DNA from: Malacoraja senta
Lineage: Eukaryota
NCBI GenBank assembly: GCA_038087875.1
Contig: JAXLNO010005352.1
Coordinates: 1-64,000 of the forward strand
Reading direction: 5' to 3'
DNA length: 64,000 bases
The first letter of the stretch is position 1. Each line of letters opens with the position of its first letter. The notes beneath the pieces are model-generated. The model was given only the letters and a program-made list of their open reading frames with translations, made no database searches and was not told where the DNA came from. Both the position numbers and the translations under genes were made by a program. Positions 12,510 to 23,808 of the stretch are shown piece after piece.

Positions 12510-13898
12510 CTGCAAAGCAAATTACGGAGAATAAAAATGTTCAAAGTTTGAGACATTTATGAAGAACAAGAAGTTATTAAGTCATTGAAACAGGAGTTTT
12601 GCGATTCCTACAATGTTTATTTCTTCTCTATACTAGAGTCAGTAATCTGGCCTGTTTTCAGGAAAACACTATTACAGAGCTACATAGCAAAAGCCAACAA
12701 ATACAAATTAGCTTTCACATTTAAAGAAAATCCATAATAAATTACTCACAGCAGATTTACTGGTCCAGATTTCAATATTACAATGATACCAAAACCATCA
12801 ACATTGCCCCTTGAAATTGAAAGATTTTCAAGCTTGAGGTTTAGTACAAAATTCCCAAAGCTGCTGTCAGTGATTCTCCACAGATTACAGATGGAAAATC
12901 TTGTGCTTGATAAATCAAACAATTCTCGGTCCATTCATAGAGCCAAATAACAGGAAAGGGAAATAATTGAGCTTCTATGACTCCACATTCTATCTGATTA
13001 AAGGGAAACCAGTTAATCCAAGCAGCATAGAAATTAACCATTTAATAGAACTAAAAGGACTTTACTTATAAATTGGGAAAGATTCTATAAGGAAAACAAG
13101 CAAGTTAACGATTCCATTATGGCAGAAAAAAAAATCTACATCGGAAAATCATGCATTTGGAGTGGAAACTTCAGATCATTGAACGATCTTTTTGTTATGA
13201 TTTTTTTTCTCTAGAATTTAACTTTGACTGATGCAACAAGGCTCAATGGAATAAAATGTTCATCAACTTAACATCTCAGCCACTGAACCAACAAATACTC
13301 AGAATCTGTCTTAACTTTGACTGATGTCAGATGGTGTGGCTGCAGAGGAAAACAAAAGGTACAAATTAGGTGGGGACCCATCTCCTGATCATTAACTTAT
13401 CCTGGTTAGCAAGACAACACAATTCTAACAACCTAGTTGGTGCCTGTGAAACTGGTAATCTGTCACCCGGGCAGGATGACAATGGCTGTCCAACGTTCAT
13501 AAACTGTATCCATGCAGGAGAAGTCAAGGCAAGGAAGTCATTGAGTCAGAGTCCACACCAATCATCAGGCATCCATTTTTACACTAATCATATTTTAATC
13601 CATTTCATTTCTCATTCACTGCCCTTCAGATTCTATCACTCACCTACACCCAGGTACAATTTATAGCAGTCAATCAAAGCTGCACATTTTTGGGGTGTGA
13701 GGGGAAATTGAATCACCCAGAGGAAGTACAAACTCCACTCAGACAACACCCAAGGTAGGGATTGAACCCCAGTCACTGCACCACTTTCAAGAAAGGAGGT
13801 GGGAGTTATAAACTAGGCATTCATAAAGCTTTACATACCTGCATATATACACATTTTAGCAGAAAATGAAAAGAATCTCCATTGGCTATTTTGCTTAC

Positions 13899-13998
13899 CT
13901 TGTATTTCACATGATTGGTCAACTTGTTGATTTGTTAAAGGCTGCGAAGTGCATTCCGCCTCTCCCTTGTCTGAATTGAGTACCTCCACATCAGAACA
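13899..13998 (-). CDS. CCPG1: CCPG1 coding exon 2 (FIR1 core)
   Basis: CSDVEVLNSDKGEAECTSQPLTNQQVDQSCEIQ, homologous to human GSDIEMLNS. Acceptor ggacag, donor gtaagc, 100 nt. Confidence 0.9.
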
Positions 13999-16461
13999 CT
14001 GTCCAAAGGGAGATCATCAGTTATCAAGTATCACTTCAAGCAAGTCCAAAAGTTATGTTTACTCTTAACTTGATGGTATGCATATTCTATGCGTGAATGT
14101 AATGCTGATAAAAAATCTCTACCTTCACAGCTTTCAGATTTTCTGCTACCAAGAGAGCATCTTTAACTACACAATAATTACGGGAATATTCAAATTATCA
14201 TAGAACTCGACCAAATCAGAATCAGTTGCGTCACACACAATTATATGACTTTGTACTCTTTAAGCGACAAGGTGAACATACGTTAAGATACAGCAGTAAA
14301 GTTCCAGACTATTTTAATATAGTGCATGAACAGCACAAAATAATTTAGTGCATTTAGTCTTCTAAGCAACACATTAAAACAGTAACAGCAGTCTTCTTAA
14401 CATTCTCTCATCATAATTAGATAATTTAAAACATCATCTTAGTTCTGATTTGAATTGCTCAAACATGAGGTTCAGTCGGTCCAATCCTTCTGCTGGACGA
14501 TTGATCCCACTCCCCCATTCTGTGTGATGGATGATTTAAGAAAACTACTAAGATATTTGTAAAGATACATCAGAATAAAAATAAAATGATAAACAGTACT
14601 TCCCATAATTTTCCAAATGATTGAGATACTAGTCAAACTGAAACATGGTAATTGGAGAGCCAAAGATCATGTGAAAGAGCCCAGTGGTTCCCATTTATCC
14701 TATAATTCTTCTGCATATCAACATAATAAATGATACACATTTCCCACCATCAATACTGTTTGAGGCAATATACTTGAATTCATAAAGTATTCAACTTCCT
14801 ACAAATAACTTAAAACTGGGTGCCATGTGAAATGAAGAGGATTTGTGATTTACACACAATATTAAAAGCATTGACCATGGTCATATTTAACCATAGCATA
14901 TACACAGCATGAACAATCTAATTGCTGTGAACATTACAGCATCTACAAAGTTTATTGGATGGTTTATAGCAGTGTTTCTTAAACTATTTCAGTGTCATTC
15001 ACCCTTGAGTATCACAAAATTTCATTCACCCTCGACTAAATTTTCTTATATTTGTTGGTAATTTTCGTCTTATTCTCCCTTGTGTATAATTTTATATATA
15101 ATGTATTTTGCAACATGAGCAAAAAACATAAATTAACTAATTTCGTGAGTGTTTATTTTGATCAACTTTTTGAACATCCTAAAAATATGTAAAGAAAACT
15201 AGGTGAAAAAAAAGGTTTAATTATCACTGGACTCATGAAATTAAATGTACTCATGCCTCATCAATGTTTTAGTCTACATAAAGAAACTTAGTTTCTATTC
15301 ACTGGAAGACATCACAGAACTTTAACATTTTACAGAACCCATTGAATAAACTGAGTGTCCGGAATAATTGATTGGGGCAAGACTATCAAATTATTGAATG
15401 ATCAGGGCAGACCAAAGTAATTTTAAAATGTTTACCCCAGAACCTCTGTGCAAAGAAATTGTTCTATCATAGAATAATCTATGAAATAATGAGGCATAGG
15501 TAAGGTAGGGGAGTCAGGACGACAGGTATCTGGAATGAGGAGCCAGGGGTGCTGGTGGAAGCAGATATGGTAGTGGTGTTTAAGATACTGTTAGATAGCC
15601 ACGAGTAGGCATAATGGAGAGAAATTGATCATGTGCAGGCAGAAGGGATTAGTTTAATTTGACATCATGGTCGGCCTAGATATCGTGGGCCGAAAGGCCT
15701 GTTCCTGTGTTGTACTGTTTTGTGTTGCATAAGCAGCCTCCTGATTCACTTCTGGTAATATCCCACTTACCTCATTAACACAGCTTAACTGCTTGCAAAA
15801 GAACAGAGAATGTAAATGTTGGGCACGGCAGACTGGCCTGAACAGCTGTAAATTTAGCTCCAGAATTGAAAATGTACCAGGACCCCAGGTTGGTAAGTTT
15901 GATTTTACGAGAGTGACTCATTTCCTCTAAATTAATTGTATTTTTCTATATTTGTAAAAGCTTTTTAGGACACCATAATCTGTTGTATTCAGAATATTTC
16001 CACATCTGCATATTGTGATCAACACATCTCATCCTCAGCTGTGTGTCTATCTTTTATGGTTTAAGCTCTTTTTTAATATCGCAGTGCATACACATAAGAT
16101 TCTTACCAACATTTTGTATAATCTGTAGCTGGAGAGATTGGTTTGAAACAGATGGCAGAGTAGTGCAGTGGTTAACACTTGCTATCTCAACTCCAGGGGC
16201 TTGGCTCAATCCTGACCTTGGATGCTATCTGTGTGGAGTTTGTGGCCAAGGGGTTACCCTGAAAAATGCACCCGTAGGTTGATTAGCTACAGTAAGTTTC
16301 CCGTTATTGTAGGCAAGTGCTAACAGATTTAAAGAAGAGTCATTGGGCATACAAAAAAAGTCGAAGGGGTACAGAAAAAAAGGAGGGGGAAATGAGATTG
16401 ACAGGGTTGGTCTGCTGAGAGCTTCCATGAATTCGATGAGCCAATAGATCTTCTGCATTAT

Positions 16462-16969
16462 TTATTTTTTATTTTTTATTTTTTATTTATTAGAAGTACA
16501 ATTGTATACAATCATATTTTCATAATACATTTTATGTGCAGCTTCTTATTTTTTTTTAATAATAAAGAAGAAAAAGAAAAAGAAGTTAGATGGTTTATAG
16601 CAGTGTTTCTTAAACTATTTCAGTCATTCACCCTTGAGTATCACAAAATTTCATGTACTCATGCCTCATCAATGTTTTAGTATAGAAAAATGTGAGATAT
16701 ATAGTGTGTGGAAAAGAAAAATAGAAAGTGAAAGAAGAAAGTAAAAGAATAGAAAACAGGAAAAAGAGAATAAAAGAAGAAAAGGGAAGAAAAAGAAAAA
16801 AAAAGTAAGGAGATCTTATTTATAATCTTGACCATCCCTCGCCCAGTCACGAGTTAGCTTTTACAATTGTGTTGCACCATAAGATTCCAAAAAGATGACA
16901 AATGGAGACCAACTCGTTGTGAATTGGTCAAATTTATCTATTAGGAGGAATCGCATTTCCTCAAGATTA
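16462..16969 (-). mobile_element. 5'-truncated L1/Tx1-clade LINE 3' end
   Basis: Minus-strand LEEMRFLLIDKFDQFTTSWSPFV C-terminus, pyrimidine-rich UTR, A-rich tail, 10-bp TSD TCTGCATTAT (16452-16461 and 16970-16979). Confidence 0.8.
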
Positions 16970-19126
16970 TCTGCATTATAATAAGATAGACTGGTGCACA
17001 TTTTAATATGAAAAAAATCAAAAATTTTGAGAAAAAAACAAAACAGGTCAGGCAGCAGCTATGGAAGCAGAAACAGTCAATGTTTCAAGTCTGCGACCCT
17101 TCATCAGAAGTCTTGATATGCTGAACTGATCAAACGTCTGCCCAACTGCTTTAAAAAATGCCTCATCCTATATTCCCAGTTAAAATGCTAAAAATACTTG
17201 CCCAAAAATTAAGTTCGAAAATTTTCAAAGACACTTCACATTTCTACAAAGGAATGTTTACAAATATTGATTGTGAACAGCACACCGAGTCCTGTTGGAA
17301 TGAAGCCACATCCAAAGCAGCCATTTTCAAGGTTATAGAGAAAGGAAAAAACCCAGAGAAATACAGATGCTGGGTGCAAAAAGATAATAAGCTTTTCAGC
17401 ATTTGCAATTCTTTAATTTTCAGAGAATTGCCTGTCTGCTAAATCACAAATAGAGATCACCAACCATGTTTATGGTTGACATTAACAAACTTGGCTTAGT
17501 GGAAGGAATCAAGAGGTTGTGTGTCTGTCCATGTCTCTGACTGTCTAGCAGGGGGGAGGGGGGGTGGGAGAGAGAAACAGTGTGTTGCTATTCAGATTAA
17601 TGATCAGTGACCAATGATGTGCCTCAGGGATCAGTACTGGGTCCATAGTTGTTTTCATCCATATTAATGATTTGGATGACAACATTGTCGGCGGATGTCA
17701 AGTTTGTGAAAATTAGGGGTGCTGTGGACAGTGAAGGTGGCTGCCATCTCAGATTCCAATGGGATCTAGATGAACTGGGGGTGTGGGACATGAAACTGAT
17801 TAAATAGATATCCTAGTGAACATAGATGACCTGTAAATCTCAATAGCTGATTAACTATTTCTGTTGATCTCTTTACTTCCATTTAGTTTAATTATGTATT
17901 CATTTTCAATCAGACATTGGCAACGACACTAACTTACCAACTTACATATTTGTCTCCTCAGTTCAGAATTGGCCATACAATACTTGTCAAGTTTCCTTAA
18001 TGTGAATCCAGAATATCTCCAAGAAATTACTCATTTCAGTTGGTAATTTAGTGCCATTTCCAATGTTGGTTTCAATACCAGTAGTTAAACTAAACTGGTA
18101 AATAGATCAACAGATAAATAAGTAACCAGGGGAGGTGCAGATGTATTTTTCACATTATAATTATTGGAGGTATTGTGATGAGGTACTGTCACTGGGTAAG
18201 GGTTTCATCAGTCCAACTGATACAAGAATGCATCCCAGTTTCAGATATTAGGGCAGAGGCAGCATTTCGCCATAACGTAGAAAATATCTGAATTCCCAAG
18301 GTGATGTGAGACTGAGATTACAGAGAGCTGGTAAAAAAAAAATCATAACCAAGACTGGATGTCCTGCAGTGAGTGCATCATATTCCTTAATATTTCAATC
18401 ATTCACCAGATACAAGTCAGGAGTGCAAAATATTCTTGACTAACCTGTAATTGCAAATCTAACAACACTTAAGAGGTTCAATAGTTTCCTAATCGCTTCA
18501 GTGGCACCTCATGCAACATGTGTAATGTTTACAACCCCCATCCTCTGCCTATCATGACAGCAAGATGCATAAAATATAAGATGTCATCTATTATCCAGAC
18601 AAGAATAACAAATACATGGTTCAAAGCACCTGTCCTATCCATCCTCATCCTAAACCTGCCCTGTATCAGTATCATATACTGTCAATTCCTCATTATTACC
18701 CATCGGAATCTTTGAAGACACAACCTAACACCACAATGGGGTACCTTATTTACATTGATTACAGAGGTTCAAGAAAGTGACCCATTATCTGTCTCAACAG
18801 TAATTAAGTTTAGTCAGTTAAATGTTGGCCTGACTTCAATATCAACACCAACTCTATGAAGAACAAAATGGCCATCTTGGAAAGTCGGTGTGAAAATATT
18901 TTCCATTTCGACTTGCATGCACTAAAATAGCACATCTATTTAGTAAAGACCGAGATGATTAGACCATTATTGGTACACAAAGGAAATTCCTTTTTGTGCA
19001 ATAAAATTTTAATGGTTTTCTTCCTTTTATTTAAAAAAAAGTTCAGTTCTTTAAAGGTACGAATTGACACACACTTAAGTATTATTTATACAGTTAAAGA
19101 GATAAAACTGGAGAAAAATAGTTTAC

Positions 19127-19186
19127 TTCATGGTTAATTATGGTCCAACCACAAGAGGATTCACTATCGCTGGAATTCTCTGACAT
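19127..19186 (-). CDS. CCPG1: CCPG1 first coding exon (LIR motif); exon including 5' UTR spans 19127-19202
   Basis: ATG at 19186-19184; MSENSSDSESSCGWTIINHE is nearly identical to the human CCPG1 N-terminus MSENSSDSDSSCGWTVISHE. Acceptor tttgcag at 19203-19204, donor gtaaac. Confidence 0.96.
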
Positions 19187-19304
19187 CTTCAAGCCCAGGT
19201 AACTGCAAAACAAAGATATATTCAAGTTAATTTAAAAATCAATTGGGCATTGAATATTAGACTCGAGATGTCATGTTGCAGCAGTATAAACATTGGTTGT
19301 GCCG

Positions 19305-19403
19305 CACTTAAGGGCATTGTGTACAGTTCTGGATGTCACTTAAGAGCATTGTGTACAGTTCTGGATGTCACTTAAGGGCATTGTGTACAGTTCTGGATGT
19401 CAC
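19305..19403 (+). repeat. 3 x 32-bp tandem repeat inside a CR1 fragment (about 19260-19780)
   Basis: CACTTAAG(G/A)GCATTGTGTACAGTTCTGGATGT occurs three times in tandem. Confidence 0.9.
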
Positions 19404-20513
19404 ACTACAGGAAGACAATATCAGTAATAGAGATTGTCAAAAACATTCCCTTGAATGAAAGACTGTAGTTAAGGAGAGATTGGATAGGCTAGATCTACGA
19501 GGGGCATAGATAAGTATTTTTCCCTGGGCTGGCGTATCTCGAGCTAGAAGGTGAGAGGAAAGAAATGTAAAAGACATTGGAAGAGTGTTTTACATAAGAA
19601 GCTGCAAAGGGAAGGTAGTGGAGGCAGATACTACTGCAAGATTTAAAAGGCATATGCATAGATACTGGGACAGGAAAGGAAGAGGGCGATATGGGGGCAT
19701 GTGGATTAGTGTAGATGGGCATCACAGTTGGCATGCATCAGGTGGGTTGCAAGGATCAGTCTATGCAGTACTTTGTATTTCTAAGATTGCAATTTAAATT
19801 GTGGTCAACAGATTTCAATACAGCAATCATTCCGCCTAATACAGGGTAATGCGAGAATTATTTTGTTTGGTCATTTGCTAATGATGTCATTAGTGGTCAA
19901 TAATTCTGGGACTTTGTTTTAAAATACGGATTCTGTCAACGCGAGCCAATTCTTAAATTTGTGGAAAATGAAGTTAAAATAATCCTGGTTAAAACTGTTT
20001 AGTTTGTACATTTGAATAATTTAAATTTTAGTAAAGAAATCTTTGGATTAATAATAGATGATACCGCAAAAGAAGGATGTTTTTGTTCTGGCAACCATGT
20101 GACCCATCTTTCCAAGCTGCCTCTTATCTAGAAGGCAAGGACCCTGTTCACAAACAGCTGCACACACAAAGTCAGCTTAAAATAAAAGCGGAGCTTTCAG
20201 CACAATCTTTCTTGCTGGTAAACAATAAATCTAGGCCAATCACAAGCTAAAACTACAGTCCAGCAATTACCATTACCAATTCTGAATTTGAAGCTTTAAG
20301 ACAATCAATTGTTTGTTTTAAATTTAATGTATTCCATTCCCAATTCATTTGTTTACTGTTCTGGTCCAAATATCTTTGGTCAGATAAAATATGTTCTGAT
20401 TATTTTTATTTCAATGTCCTTATCTATTAAAAATGTAAACCATATAGGAAGGTTACAATGCCACTTCTAAAACAGGAGAAATGCAAGTAAGCCTGCCTAT
20501 TGAGTTTTCATTA

Positions 20514-21847
20514 TATGGGTGTTTCCGTAAATACAGCACTCAGTAGTGAAAATTATGGTCACCAAACTTCCAGGTTATTTTCCTGTTTTTTAATGTAATA
20601 ATCCCATTGTTTCATATCCTGTATTTTAAGTAGTGTAGATAATGGTGTATAGCCAAAATAATGAGATGAAGCAAAAATAAATAAATCTGTTTCTACAAAG
20701 AAAAATAGTAGTTTTCTTGCCTTATTTTGAGACATTTTTCAAGCAGGATTTCATCAAATAATTCAGGCTAATTTATACCAGAAGAATCACATTAATTTTG
20801 CAATTAAATAACTCTATATAAGCCAAATTCTGATTATGTTATATGATTTTTATCATTCATCACCTGATTTGATGGTTTTCTGATGCCTAAAGATTTTGCA
20901 GCAAAACGCGAGTAGCAATGTCCATTTGGTCACGTGCGAAAAGTGTGATTTAAAGGTAGTGTAACTGTTTTTTATATTTATTGTTTCTTTTTAATTGTTT
21001 ATATTCTGTTTAAGATTTCCATTGAAATACTTAATAATGAATAGAAAATCATGAAATAAAAATCTAGTTTGCACACCTATTTTATCGATCTAATTCTGTT
21101 GTCCCTCCCGTTTTCTGACCTCGTCGATGATATAAAGATTTTTTTTGCACTCGTTGCGATTAAAAAATTCATTCAACGCGTTTGTAATGACCCTGACCTG
21201 AACTACGGGCCTCATGGTGGGTTACGTGCTGACATTTTGCAAGGGAGCTTAGAAATCAGTATAAGAGACAGTATCCAAGTGGTCACGTTGTGGGCACTCT
21301 GAGCTCTGAAGAACATTGTGTTCACCTTTTTTTGCTTGGAATCATTGGTTAGTAAAAACTTTTTTGCACTTTTTCGTCCTTTTCCTGTAAATGTTGCTTC
21401 TAGTATACTATAGAAATGTTTAAATTCTGTTAAACTTTCAGTGCTTGTTGCTATGGTGTTGTAAAGTGTGTGCACTATAATGAAGGGAATCGGATTCCAG
21501 TTAACGCCATCGTTGAAAGTATGTTCCTGTCCACACAGATGCTTTTAGTTCCGGGCAAATTTCTAGTAAATTAACATCGAAAACGAAGAAAGATTTCTAT
21601 ATATTTTTCTCATTTATGTGTATTTTTAAAAAATAATAAATTTATAAATACATTTTTTCTCTTTTTTTTCAAATTTTGAAAGTTATAAATTTTGGTCAAA
21701 TTTTGATCGATTTTGATTACAAATTAGCTCAAAAGGATCATAGGTAGGCCCATTTTTAATGCTGTGGTATTTCGTTATAATTTAATAGCTTTCAAAATTG
21801 GCCACCCATGTCACAGGTTGGTACCCTAATTTACGGAAACACCCATA
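20514..21847. mobile_element. Unclassified TIR DNA transposon derivative, about 1.33 kb
   Basis: Perfect 21-bp inverted ends TATATGGGTGTTTCCGTAAAT (20512-20532) and ATTTACGGAAACACCCATATA (21829-21849); internal broken minus-strand ORF remnant near 21100-21590. Confidence 0.75.
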
Positions 21848-22125
21848 TACAAAGTCATACCACTTAACATGCAATACAAAGCTTTAAGCTTTGTGCACTT
21901 AAAGGTTTAAAAATATATTCCAATACTTAACATTGAAGTTTGGAAAACATTAAGCTTTCTATTATCTCATGCCATTAATAACAAAATGATACCATGCTGC
22001 TGCCAATTTAAATCTGTTCAAGGTATTTATAAAATTGCATGTTACTGCCTTATGAAAGTAAATTGGGAGCAAAAACTTTGATGTCACCTATGTTTTGCTT
22101 TATCCCCAGCAACCAGCCAAGATTA

Positions 22126-22432
22126 GGGGTGGCACAGCTGGTAGAGCTGCTGCATCACAGTGCCAGAGACCCGGGTTCAATCCCGACCTTGGGTGATGTA
22201 TGTGTTCTCCCTGTCCACATTTTCAATTTGCACGTGTTCTCCCTGTGACCACATGGGTTTCCTGCTACATCCCAAAGATGTGTGGGTTTGTAGGGTAATT
22301 GGTCGCTATAAATTGCCCCTAGTGTGTGGGGAGTGGATGAGAAAGTGGGGTAACAGAACTAGTGTGAACATTGGGTGGTGTAGGCTTACTTGGTGGGCCA
22401 AAGGGCCTGTTTCCATGCAGAATCTGTAAACT
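22126..22432 (+). mobile_element. V-SINE (HE1-like) copy
   Basis: GTGGCACAGCTGGTAGAGC A box, GGTTCAATCC B box, V-domain, GGGCCTGTTTCCATGC tail. Confidence 0.85.
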
Positions 22433-22766
22433 GTTCTATATTTTACAACATACATACATTCACATTAGCATGTCAGAAGGAAGATATGGATTACAGATTT
22501 GCAAATTGCCTGAAGCAATGAAAACAACAGTGTTCTAAGTATCCATGCAGTGAATTTTCAGGAATATCGTACCAAAGTCAATAAGATCAGGAAAAATTTG
22601 AATTCCACTTCAGGACTGTCAGTGGAACATTAACCAAGCTGTATACAAAAAGACTCTCTAATGAATAATTTTCTGCATATATTTCATAAAATTGTTACTA
22701 ATTCAAGATGTGCTCACTCAATTGAGATGAAAGTTTAAAAGGATAACTTCCAATAAAATGTTAAAA

Positions 22767-23808
22767 TGAATGAATTAATTAATTAATACGTTTATTGGCC
22801 AAGTATGTACACATACAAGGAATTTGCCTTGGTGCTCCGCTCGTAAGTAACAACACGACATACAGTAACAATTAAGAATGACACATATGACATTAAACAT
22901 TAATAATAAAACATTATAGTTTAAACATGTGAATGAAATAAAATACCTGGGCAAAATGAGGCTACAGACTTTTGGTTATTGAGTAGAGCTACTACTCATG
23001 GAAAAAAAGCTGTTTTTATATCTGGCTGTGGCGGCTTTGACAGTCCGGAGTTGCCTTCCAGAGGGAAGTGCTTCAAAGAGTTTGTGGCCAGGGTGAGAGG
23101 GGTCAGAGATGATCTTACCCACTCACTTCCTGGCCCTTGCAGTGTACAGTTCGTCAATGGGGAGAAGGTTGCAGCAAACAACCTTCTCAGCTGATCGGAC
23201 AATTCGCTGCAGCCTCCGGATGTTGTGCTTGGTGGCTGAGCCAAACCAGACCATGATGGAGAAGGTGAGGACAGACTCTACGATCGCAGTATAGAATTGG
23301 ACCATCATTGCCTGTGGCAGATTGTGTTTCCTCAGCTGCCGCAGGAAGTACATCCTCTGTTGGGCCTTTTTGACTGTGGAGTCGATGATGGAGTCGATGA
23401 TTTCAGGTCCTTGGAGATGATGTTTCCAAGGAACTTAAGACTCCACCGATGTGACTGTGGTGTTGTTAATGGTGAGTGGGTAGAGGGGAGGGGGGAGCTC
23501 CCCTAAAGTCTACAATCAATTTCACTGTCTTAAAAGCATTGAGCTCCAGGTTGTTACAAAGGCACCAGATCACCAGCTGTGTCACTTCCTGTCTGTAGGC
23601 AGATTCCTCCCCATCCTGGATCAGTCAAATCAGGGTTGTGTCATCCACAAACTTGAGAAGCTTGACAGAGGAGTCTGTGGAGGTGCATCCATTGGTGTAG
23701 GGAGAGTAAAGGAGAGAGAGTACGATGCCTTGCGGTGCTCCTAAGCTGAGGGTCTGCGGGTCCGAGAAGTGCTTTCCCAGCCTCACATGCTACTTCCTGT
23801 CTGTCAGG
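22767..23808 (-). mobile_element. Rex1/Babar-type LINE 3' fragment
   Basis: YFLRQLRKHNLPQAMMVQFYTAIVESVLTFSIMVWFG; upstream degraded RT (KFVDDTTLI); short-repeat tail. Confidence 0.85.

Noticed and set aside
13218-13341. Possible extra CCPG1 exon (strong minus-strand acceptor at 13340-13341) beside a 16-bp direct repeat TTAACTTTGACTGATG
   Set aside because: The required phase-1 frame hits TAA after nine codons, and the flanking exons already join in frame. At most a minor or poison exon.
19305-19403. 32-bp repeats that superficially resemble a CRISPR array
   Set aside because: Head-to-tail tandem copies with no spacers, inside a vertebrate CR1 fragment.
22126-22200. tRNA-like A/B boxes here and in other copies
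   Set aside because: These are SINE heads followed by the V-domain, not tRNA genes.
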